A stretch of DNA of 64,000 nt from an uncultured Candidatus Saccharibacteria bacterium (GTDB lineage: Bacteria; Patescibacteriota; Doudnabacteria; UBA920), in contig CAZHIA010000007.1 of assembly GCA_964532425.1 (NCBI GenBank), forward strand, positions 8 through 64,007, given 5' to 3'. The position numbers and the translations under genes were made by a program. How positions within the stretch are numbered: position 1 is the stretch's first letter; each line of letters begins with the position of its first letter. This document shows, piece after piece, positions 10,387 through 17,660 of the stretch. Below the pieces are notes generated by a model. It made no database searches. It was not told the DNA's origin and was given only the letters and a program-made list of their open reading frames with translations.

Positions 10387-10422
10387 TTCATCACAATTCA
10401 ACGATCGTTGAATTGTGATGAA
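10387..10422. repeat. 36-bp perfect palindrome TTCATCACAATTCAACGA|TCGTTGAATTGTGATGAA.
   Basis: Exact 18+18 inverted repeat read directly from the sequence. It sits just upstream of the terminator for the minus-strand gene ending at 10509. Confidence 0.8.
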
Positions 10423-10423
10423 T

Positions 10424-10475
10424 AAAAAACACCCCGCTCTTTGATTCGCCAATTGGCGAAAAAGGGCGGGGTGTT
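10424..10475 (-). terminator. Terminator for the minus-strand gene ending at 10509: ACACCCCGC...GCGGGGTGT stem, a nested TTCGCCAATTGGCGAA palindrome, and a T-tract on the minus strand.
   Basis: GC-rich stem. The A-run on the plus strand equals a T-run on the minus strand. Confidence 0.65.
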
Positions 10476-10508
10476 GTCGTATGTCGAAGTCAGGCGAGAT
10501 TATGGGAC

Positions 10509-10940
10509 TTACTCGTGGACCACGTGCTCCTCATAGAGCGGGAACACGTAGACATCGTACTCCCTGTTGAGTAACCAGCATTTGCGGCTGGAGATCTCCG
10601 AGCGGACCACTATAGCGACCAGGTTTATGCCGGGGCGCAGATGGTCGGAAATAATTCTTCCGATTGTCTCAGACGCAGGAATGGCGCTGACATGAAACGA
10701 GCCATCTGTCTCGACAATCAGGTAGGGTTGCTGGAGGTAAACCAGCTTGTCGTTGTGGTTGCGATTTCCTACCAAGTGTTCGCTGGTCATGCTCCCCAGG
10801 TCCTGGTCCAGTTTGGAAAACTGGCAGAACGCGATGTGGTGGACCTTGTCCTTGACCAGCTCGTCTGTCGCCTTCGGATCGACAACCAGCTTTAGCCACG
10901 GGTTGTCTTCCAGAATCTTTCTGTACTTTTCGACTTTCAT
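10509..10940 (-). CDS. Hypothetical protein (143 aa).
   Basis: GAGGAGGA RBS 4 nt upstream of the ATG on the minus strand. No family recognised. Confidence 0.6.
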   Translation of the reverse strand: MKVEKYRKILEDNPWLKLVVDPKATDELVKDKVHHIAFCQFSKLDQDLGSMTSEHLVGNRNHNDKLVYLQQPYLIVETDGSFHVSAIPASETIGRIISDHLRPGINLVAIVVRSEISSRKCWLLNREYDVYVFPLYEEHVVHE

Positions 10941-10994
10941 CGTATCCTCCTCTTCCGGATTTGGATTTTACCAGCCCGCCCTTCCGGGGCACTC

Positions 10995-11100
10995 GGCTGG
11001 GTACTACTAGTGGAACCTGTAGCGTACCGGTTCATCGGCAACCCAAAGCCCATAAACCTGTCCCGTCGAATGACGGGATGGGCACGCTACAAAATCGTTC
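10995..11100. repeat. Structured element copy A, closed by GTAGCGTACC...GGCACGCTAC, containing a CCCGTC-GAAT-GACGGG hairpin and a TTGCCGATGAAC core.
   Basis: The outer 10-nt inverted repeat and the inner conserved block TTGCCGATGAAYCGGYACGCTAC are shared with a second copy at 17163..17220. Confidence 0.5.
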
Positions 11101-11182
11101 TGTCTTACTGCCTCTGCAGCAAGCCTCTGGTGAGACTTGCTCGAGAAGCAGGCGGATCAAGGTGCGATCCGCCAATGCGTGG

Positions 11183-11908
11183 TTAGCGTTGTTGTGGGAC
11201 GGCGGTGGCGTCGATCACAGGCGTGGCCGAGTATATCGGCGTGGCGGTTTGAGTCATGCAGAGCCAGGGTTCGCCCTGGTCCAGCATGGCCCAGTAGACC
11301 GGGTGCCTCCCGCTGGCATCACAATCCAGAAAGTCCACTACCTGGTGGCCTGGTTTAACGGTTTTGATGTGTCCGTCTGGAAAGCGAATCGCATACTGCC
11401 ATCCGTCGGCCGAGTCGCGGTTCCCGACGGTTCCGAGCAGCGTGCCGTCCAAAAGTTCGTAGTCGTCGCGGAACGTCCTGCTTTTTCGGTGATTGTAGAT
11501 GACGAGCGCCAGGACTAGGACAGCGAATGCTATTACCAACGCGATGGGGCTGCTGTACTCCGAGAAAAACGACGCTTTCTTTGTGTAGGGCGTGGCGAAG
11601 TCGCCGGTCTGAGTCTTTCCTTCCAGAGCGTCGAACACTCTGTCGAATGCGTGACCAAGCTTTAAATCAGCTTGTGATTGTTGAAACTTTGTCGCAGCCT
11701 TTCCTTTAACGGTATGGCTGCTGTCTTGTTTCCATTTGTCAGCGCACACGATAACGGTCTCTCTGTGGTCGTCGACGGCCGCGATCTGGTATTTGCAGCC
11801 GGACTGATGAGCAGGGAGAGAGGGGTAGCTTTCGGTGGCGATGTCAACGCTGGCAAAAGCCAGCGCGGAAATTACCAGAAAGAGAACAACAGTAGTGGGC
11901 GTCCTCAT
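11183..11908 (-). CDS. Paralog 1 of a tandem pair of single-pass membrane proteins: signal peptide, Cys-containing extracytoplasmic domain, TM helix, and a conserved C-terminal GTVGNR-x4-GWxYAIR domain.
   Basis: AGGAGGA RBS before the MRTPTT start. Clear similarity to the downstream paralog in the signal region, the CADKW motif and the C-terminal GTVGNRDSADGWQYAIRFPDGH block. Confidence 0.6.
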   Translation of the reverse strand: MRTPTTVVLFLVISALAFASVDIATESYPSLPAHQSGCKYQIAAVDDHRETVIVCADKWKQDSSHTVKGKAATKFQQSQADLKLGHAFDRVFDALEGKTQTGDFATPYTKKASFFSEYSSPIALVIAFAVLVLALVIYNHRKSRTFRDDYELLDGTLLGTVGNRDSADGWQYAIRFPDGHIKTVKPGHQVVDFLDCDASGRHPVYWAMLDQGEPWLCMTQTATPIYSATPVIDATAVPQQR

Positions 11909-12063
11909 AACGCGTAATCCTCCTGTTTTGGTGAACTGGATCCACGGATCTTTCCTAGACCCGCATAAATTTACCTCTTCAGTCAGCCTCAATGGAGACT
12001 AACTAGAGAAGCAGGCGGATCGTGGTGCGATCCGCCGGTGCGCCATATGGCGCGGATTGACGC

Positions 12064-12876
12064 TTACGCGACGGCTAACTCGACTGCCCGGTCCCTGGTC
12101 TCAATGTACCAGGGGCTGTCGTTATCATCGAACCCGGCGACGTACGCCGGGTACTTGTGAGCTTCGGAGAAGTCGGTGAGGTCTTCGACCTCGTGCCCGA
12201 CTTCCACGGCTTCGACCACCCCATCCTTGTCACGGATGGCATACTTCCACCCATGTTTCTTGTTGCGGTTGCCGACTGTGCCGAGCTCCGTGCCGTCCGA
12301 GAGTTTGCATTCGCTCTGGAAAGTCTCTTTTCTGAAGGGGCTGGGTTTCGTGATCACGAATGACATTGTGAACAGGAATCCGATCCATAATACAGCAAGG
12401 AACATTGTGGTTGGGCCAGAGTACTGCTCGGTGGACGAAGGACGGTTGATTTCGTCCTTGATCGCAGCTAGCTCTCGTTCAGCCTGGTGGAGCTCACTTT
12501 CGAACATGAGGTTGGAAAGCTCCGCGACTTGACGCCGGAGCCTGAGCAGCTCGCGATGGTCAAGCTCAGCCTGCACACCTCTTGAGACCGCGGCGTTGAC
12601 GTTGGCGCGGGTCGCGTTGACCCACTTGTCTGCGCAGGTGACTGACGTGGTTCCGTTATCCCACATCGTAGGGATGGGGTTTTTGCACGTCGTATCCTTC
12701 TCTACGATCGCGCCATCCGCTTTCACGTAGGTGTCCGTGCAGACAAACTTCGTCTGCCCATTTTTTGCCAGCGTCAGCTGGCAGGAGGTGGAAAGGGTGG
12801 GATAGCTCGTGGTAGCAACGTCGGTACTGCCAAACATGGCAGCCGAAATCATCAGGGCGAGTGTAAGCGTCTTCAT
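12064..12876 (-). CDS. Paralog 2 of the tandem membrane-protein pair. It also carries a coiled-coil segment before the TM helix.
   Basis: AAGGAGGG RBS 6 nt before the MKTLTLAL start. C-terminal GTVGNRNKKHGWKYAIRDKDG block matches paralog 1. The same 3' hairpin motif (GGCGGATC..GATCCGCC) follows each paralog. Confidence 0.6.
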   Translation of the reverse strand: MKTLTLALMISAAMFGSTDVATTSYPTLSTSCQLTLAKNGQTKFVCTDTYVKADGAIVEKDTTCKNPIPTMWDNGTTSVTCADKWVNATRANVNAAVSRGVQAELDHRELLRLRRQVAELSNLMFESELHQAERELAAIKDEINRPSSTEQYSGPTTMFLAVLWIGFLFTMSFVITKPSPFRKETFQSECKLSDGTELGTVGNRNKKHGWKYAIRDKDGVVEAVEVGHEVEDLTDFSEAHKYPAYVAGFDDNDSPWYIETRDRAVELAVA

Positions 12877-12982
12877 GAATACCCTCCTTGAACATAGGCC
12901 CGAATGTAGCTCTCCGTGAGCTCTAAGGCCGGGGTTGGGGGAGGGGAATCCCACAAACCTGGCATTACAGCTTTAACTGTAT

Positions 12983-13011
12983 ATTATAGCACTTTTTATA
13001 CTTTTTGTCAA
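12983..13011 (-). promoter_or_regulatory. Consensus sigma70 promoter on the minus strand (TTGACA, 17 nt, TATAAT) driving the 12064..12876 paralog.
   Basis: The reverse complement reads TTGACAaaaagtataaaaagtgcTATAAT, located upstream of the AAGGAGGG RBS. Confidence 0.6.
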
Positions 13012-13052
13012 CACTAAAACCCCTTATTTAACAGGGGTTTTGGGGGTTATTC

Positions 13053-13080
13053 TTGACATCTTAGAGAAAAACCGTATAAT
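13053..13080 (+). promoter_or_regulatory. Near-consensus sigma70 promoter (TTGACA, 16 nt, TATAAT) facing the 13170..13739 gene.
   Basis: ttgacatcttagagaaaaaccgtataat. Divergent from the minus-strand promoter, with an AAAACCCCT...AGGGGTTTT hairpin between them. Confidence 0.55.
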
Positions 13081-13169
13081 TAATAGTCCGCTTCTGGCGG
13101 ATATCAAAGGCGCGGCCGCCTTACAAATTCCGGCCGTTATCGCCCTATGGGTGATGCGAGGAGGATCTG

Positions 13170-13739
13170 ATGATCAGCCTTTCTTTGACAATAATGTGCA
13201 GCGATGCGCAACTTGAGGATTTTATCCGAGGGTTTTCACCCCGGGTCAGTAAGATCACTTCGCAGACCATTGTCGATGGCGTCACTAGGATCGTCGATCT
13301 GGTGTGGGAAGAAACCCCAGCTGCGCCCGTGTATCTGGAAGAACCGCTGTGGCATTTTTTCCACGCGCACATCCCGATCTGGGGAGCTGAAGTTTCCATC
13401 GATCAGCAGTTGGGAAGCGGCACCTCATTTTCCCAGGATGGGTACGAAGGTTCCTGGGGATACAACCGCGAGCGGAGGGTTTCCTACTTCCGGCTGCGCG
13501 CGCTGACCGGGGAAGCCTGCGAGAAGATCACGGTTCTGTATTACCAGTTCATGCCGGTTTTTTTACTCTCCTTCAGAATCGCGCGGAAGAACGCCCAGGC
13601 ATTCGGTTTGTGCTGTACGGGGACAATTCCCAAGGCCAAAGAAAAACTGACAGAAGTTTCGTCAGGCATCCATCAGCTTGTTGATGATGTATTCAACAAC
13701 CTGCTGACGTATCAGATGCCGTCGGCGAAAAAAGCCTGA
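13170..13739 (+). CDS. Hypothetical protein (189 aa).
   Basis: GAGGAGGA RBS 4 nt before the ATG. No family recognised. Confidence 0.5.
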   Translation: MISLSLTIMCSDAQLEDFIRGFSPRVSKITSQTIVDGVTRIVDLVWEETPAAPVYLEEPLWHFFHAHIPIWGAEVSIDQQLGSGTSFSQDGYEGSWGYNRERRVSYFRLRALTGEACEKITVLYYQFMPVFLLSFRIARKNAQAFGLCCTGTIPKAKEKLTEVSSGIHQLVDDVFNNLLTYQMPSAKKA

Positions 13740-14117
13740 GAGGTAAAACAAATGCAGCGGTCGCACCTCGTGCGGCCGCTCTTTTTATTTGGTGTTAGCA
13801 CATGTTAACGTACCCCCCTCCCGTCAGTCCGACTGACGGACTCCCCCTATGTAGGGGGAGAGTGACTGCAAGGTGTAGGTCTTCTTACCATAGTAAGTGA
13901 GACGATCTGTTTCCTGCAGTGATGTAGGGGAAGCTACTAGCTTCCCTTGTTTGTGTGAGGGCGGTTAATAACCGCCCCTACATCAGAAGCAGCGGGTTAC
14001 AATTGTTCCAAATTTTTTATTTTTCTATCTTTCTATCAACAGGCCTGCACTACATTGAGATGGTGATCGTCTCAATAAAAAATGCCCCGCCCAAAGAACA
14101 AAGGGCGGGGTGTGTTG

Positions 14118-14366
14118 TTATTTGCCGTCATCGGGGAGGGGGAGTCTGGTGTCGCCGAGCCAAGGAAAATGGGCGTGCAGCCGATCCGAGAGGTGGAGCG
14201 TCCTGTCGAAATCTTTGGAATTGGCAACTGCCATCCGGCCGATGGGGTGCACATGGTGCTGCGCATTGACTGCGGCCTGGCCGCCAAAGGCGGTGATGAG
14301 CTCCTCGGTAAGGCTGGCGTCTTGATGATTGCGCTCGTCGCGTCGGATGGGGATGATGCGTGCCAT
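14118..14366 (-). CDS. Small hypothetical protein (82 aa).
   Basis: Strong GGAGGA RBS 3 nt before the ATG on the minus strand. Preferred over the overlapping plus-strand ORF 14082..14459, which has no RBS. Confidence 0.5.
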   Translation of the reverse strand: MARIIPIRRDERNHQDASLTEELITAFGGQAAVNAQHHVHPIGRMAVANSKDFDRTLHLSDRLHAHFPWLGDTRLPLPDDGK

Positions 14367-14596
14367 ATATCCTCCTGCACATATGGTAGCAAAAAAACAA
14401 CCATAGAGCGAGCGGAGCGAAGCACCTATTTATTCTCCCCCTCCGCAAGTCCGACGTAGCCTTGTGCGAAGTTGGATAGGGGGGAGATGTCCGCCTGAGG
14501 CGGACAGAGAGGGTGTTTATTCGGGCGACCTAGCGATATTGTTGTAAATTTTCGGCTTGGACAAACGTCTTTTATGGTAACTATAGATCCAAACCT

Positions 14597-15829
14597 ATGA
14601 ACATAAAATTTGCGAGTGTTGCGTTTAGCGCTGTTACGGTATTGATGTTATTTGCAGCCCAACCGGCTCGCGCCCAGCAAGTCCCAACATCAACTGGGAC
14701 TGGACAGGCGAGCCTGTCGGGCACAGGCACGTATGATTCCCAGACCGGACAGATCCACTACCAACTTTCCTTTCAGGCCCCGACTGGCACCGCAGTGTCT
14801 CTCATGGTGCCAATTCCTGCAGGTACGACTTTTGTCCCATCCAGTACTCCCGGTACCTTAAACAATAAAGCGGTGGTCTGGGACGTGCGCGGCAGTACGG
14901 CGACAAGTGTCACGTTCTCAGTCTTGGTCGATGCGGCACATATGCTTGATCCGTGGGCGTCAACAATCGTTTCCGTGAATCCCGGTACTGACAGGTTCGG
15001 CAATCGGATTGCTATTCCCGCGGCTGACCAAAAACAAGCCTTAGGACAGGGTGATGGGAATTCGGTGCCTTTAGGGTTCGGCGGCAGCATGGTCCTGGCA
15101 TTCAAAATGCCGATAATCAACGGCCCAGGGGATGATGTGGCAGTATATACGCCGGACAGTCTGGGTCAGGCTATTAAAGTGGAGGCCAGCCAAAATGGCA
15201 GTGATTGGCTGACGCTCGGTACGTTCCATCAGAGCGGTTCGGCAGACTTGGGAAGCTTGCCTTCGGCAACATTTATCCGCCTGACGGATGTCTCGCCCAT
15301 TTCCAGCTCTAACGATTTAGGTTATTCAATAGATGCGGTCCGGCAGTTACAGCTGGTCCCTTTCTCGTGCGGCATAGTCACTAATCCGACGCTGGTCGGA
15401 CAATTTGGCACGCTCGCCACGGCTTCTATTCGTACGGACATCGTGCAAGGATGCGGCGGGGGATCGGGCATGAGCGGTGTACCTATGTCAGGAGTTTCGC
15501 CACCGGCAACTCCAACCTCATCTCAAACTTCCACTGGTTCTGTTCCAACAGCATCAAATACTAACGGCGGCAGTGGGAGTTCGACTGGCTCGCCGGGGAG
15601 CAATCCTGCGGGTGCAGCAGCAGAGCCGACAGGGCCTTATATTGGCAGTAACGGGTTGCTGCATTTGCCGCTCAGTTCAGGCGGAGGAGCGGGGAGCCCT
15701 TCCGGGGAGGTTTTGGGAGCAGGTACGACGTTGCCGCGAACTGGCATACCGCTGGAATTTTACGCTTTTCTATCCCCGGCAATCTTGTATCCGTTATTGA
15801 GGAAGCACGGGAGTGTGAAGAATAAATAA
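14597..15829 (+). CDS. LPXTG-anchored cell-surface protein (sortase substrate).
   Basis: N-terminal signal peptide (MNIKFASVAFSAVTVLMLFAAQPARA). S/T/G-rich body. C-terminal LPRTG followed by a hydrophobic stretch and a basic tail (RKHGSVKNK). Confidence 0.7.
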   Translation: MNIKFASVAFSAVTVLMLFAAQPARAQQVPTSTGTGQASLSGTGTYDSQTGQIHYQLSFQAPTGTAVSLMVPIPAGTTFVPSSTPGTLNNKAVVWDVRGSTATSVTFSVLVDAAHMLDPWASTIVSVNPGTDRFGNRIAIPAADQKQALGQGDGNSVPLGFGGSMVLAFKMPIINGPGDDVAVYTPDSLGQAIKVEASQNGSDWLTLGTFHQSGSADLGSLPSATFIRLTDVSPISSSNDLGYSIDAVRQLQLVPFSCGIVTNPTLVGQFGTLATASIRTDIVQGCGGGSGMSGVPMSGVSPPATPTSSQTSTGSVPTASNTNGGSGSSTGSPGSNPAGAAAEPTGPYIGSNGLLHLPLSSGGGAGSPSGEVLGAGTTLPRTGIPLEFYAFLSPAILYPLLRKHGSVKNK

Positions 15830-15984
15830 TCTTACTCTATCTTTTTCAAAGATGTTCCCTTAAAGTATTTTTAAGCTTCAGGTTTATTCAGCGTACTATC
15901 AGCGGGTTGTAACAAAAAAACCGCCAAGCTGCTGCTTGGCGGTTGGGGTGGGTTCGTGATGTGCGCGATGCGGGGGTGCTATCA

Positions 15985-17124
15985 TTAGTCGATCTTGACG
16001 ACTTCTGCGATCTTGTCGCTACCGGGCTTTTTTCGAATAACTCTCTTAGTAGAGAGTTTGAGTGTCGGGATCGAAGGATCTTTTCGATTGCCGTCCAGGA
16101 TGACCGTGTCATATAGCTGGATGTGGCTATACCTCGGTGGGTCTGGAACCGGATCTGGCGGGTTGCTTGCCGCGGCAGCTGCCGGAACTGTCCTCATGGT
16201 GGGGACGGTGTCCATGTCCATCTGGCTGTAGGGCTGGGTAAAGATGGACGGAATCCGGTACACCGGTTGATCCTTTGATCCGGGAGGGTCCAGGAACTCG
16301 TCGAGTTTCTGCGAGACCCAGTCCCAGAACCTGCTCCAGCTCGGCATTTTGACCTTAGTGGTCCACTGGGGTAATCCGAACTTGAACTTGGGGACTGTGA
16401 CCTTGAACCTCGGTATATGCCAATCCGGCATCTTCGGCCTGGATACCTTGATCTTAGGGAACTTAACCTTGCCGAGCAGTTCTCTGATGCGTTGGCGGTT
16501 GTTGTAAGCCAGCATCAACAGAGCACATATGGCTCCCAGCAGAACCGTCCAGGCAATGACAGTCACGACCTCTATAAAGAACGAAGTATTCGTACCAGTG
16601 GCCTGCTTGCCGTTCTTGCGGCTGCCGCCTAAGGTGCGGTCTGCGTTCTGTTTCGGGGCTGCAGACTTGGGCTGGGCAGTCGACTGGGGGGCAGGGTTCT
16701 TCTGGACTCCGTTACCCGCACTTGGCACCGTAACAGTAACTACGGTATTGTTCGGATCAGGTGCCTTGGTGCTCGAAATCGTCCGCTGGGGGGCGTTCGT
16801 CTGCCGGGTAGCCACTCGAGTGGGGGAATACGTCGCGTTTTCCCATGCGAGCCACTCGGCTACTTCCTGATGGTTAACAGTCGCAGTGACTGGCAACCAA
16901 ACCGGCTGGCCTTCCTGCAGTTGACGGATGTCGGTTTTCTGGATCTTCTGTGTCAGACTGGCGTTCAGGTACAGGTTCGGGTACAGCGTAGGCTTATAGC
17001 CATTCATCTGGAGCGTGGTCCAGGCGGACCGGTGGATATGCATCGCAACAGCCTTAGTGGTCTGTGCGAAGCTTGCCACCATGAACAGCACCAAAAGAAT
17101 GATGGTGCGCATCACGAATTTCAT
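15985..17124 (-). CDS. Hypothetical membrane protein with a signal peptide, a central TM helix and a cytoplasmic Lys/Pro-rich repeat region (KVKFPKIKVSRPKMP...).
   Basis: GGAGGAG RBS before the MKFVMRT start. Topology read from the hydrophobic segments. Confidence 0.55.
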   Translation of the reverse strand: MKFVMRTIILLVLFMVASFAQTTKAVAMHIHRSAWTTLQMNGYKPTLYPNLYLNASLTQKIQKTDIRQLQEGQPVWLPVTATVNHQEVAEWLAWENATYSPTRVATRQTNAPQRTISSTKAPDPNNTVVTVTVPSAGNGVQKNPAPQSTAQPKSAAPKQNADRTLGGSRKNGKQATGTNTSFFIEVVTVIAWTVLLGAICALLMLAYNNRQRIRELLGKVKFPKIKVSRPKMPDWHIPRFKVTVPKFKFGLPQWTTKVKMPSWSRFWDWVSQKLDEFLDPPGSKDQPVYRIPSIFTQPYSQMDMDTVPTMRTVPAAAAASNPPDPVPDPPRYSHIQLYDTVILDGNRKDPSIPTLKLSTKRVIRKKPGSDKIAEVVKID

Positions 17125-17162
17125 GACTCCTCCTAAAATACAAAAGGAACAATTGGGTTCTG

Positions 17163-17220
17163 TAGCGTGCCCATTCATGGGTCTCTCCGGATTGCCGATG
17201 AATCGGCACGCTACCAAACC
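17163..17220. repeat. Structured element copy B: GTAGCGTGCC-CATTCATGGG...CCGATGAATCG-GCACGCTAC.
   Basis: 10-bp outer inverted repeat plus inner CATTCAT/ATGAATG arms. Shares TTGCCGATGAAYCGGYACGCTAC with copy A at 10995..11100. Lies in the 5' leader of the 15985..17124 gene. Confidence 0.5.
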
Positions 17221-17264
17221 TGTTTCGAAGGAACGTTCGAGATTGTTGTCTCGCTTTTGCTTTT

Positions 17265-17435
17265 GTAGGGGCGGGTCGAGACCCGCCCAGAGAAGAGGAA
17301 CGGTCGAGACCGTTCCCTACAGCTGTAGTGCAGGCCCGTGGCCTGCAATGACAGCCAGGTATTTAGGCAGGCCACGGGCCTGCACTACAAGAGAGCCAGT
17401 TCCATCTGCCTGTAGGGGCGGATAGTATCCGCCTG
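17265..17435. repeat. Cluster of GC-rich REP-like palindromes, including a 22-bp-arm inverted repeat GTAGTGCAGGCCCGTGGCCTGC...GCAGGCCACGGGCCTGCACTAC (17325..17388).
   Basis: Four consecutive hairpins (GGGCGGGTC-GAGA-CCCGCCC, GGAACGGTC-GAGA-CCGTTCC, the 22-bp-arm IR, and GGGCGGATA..ATCCGCC). Related copies occur at 10196..10245, 13841..13984, 28900..28975, 29229..29282 and 38140..38215. Confidence 0.6.
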
Positions 17436-17660
17436 TGATGGGACCATGGCTGGCGCTCCTTACGCAAAAGCCAAACAACAAAATGTCATCATATTATACC
17501 GTTTTTCGGGAAAAAGTCAAGAGCTATTAAACCTAATTCCTCACTCTTCGCCAAGGCTTCGGAGGACAGGTAATTTCCAATAAACTTAGCTGTTTAGTAT
17601 TTGCTCTTCGGCCATAAATTAGAAATTGGATATTAGAAATTGGATATTTTATAAACTACC

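Noticed and set aside
14082-14459. 125-aa plus-strand ORF overlapping the small minus-strand gene
   Set aside because: It has no RBS and is Arg/Gly-rich, as expected from translating GC-rich hairpins. The antisense 82-aa ORF has a perfect GGAGGA-3nt-ATG and was preferred.
15985-17217. LysM-type cell-wall-binding domain in the N-terminal ectodomain of the 379-aa membrane protein
   Set aside because: The segment lacks the conserved LysM Y..GDTL..IA core. This was a superficial resemblance only.
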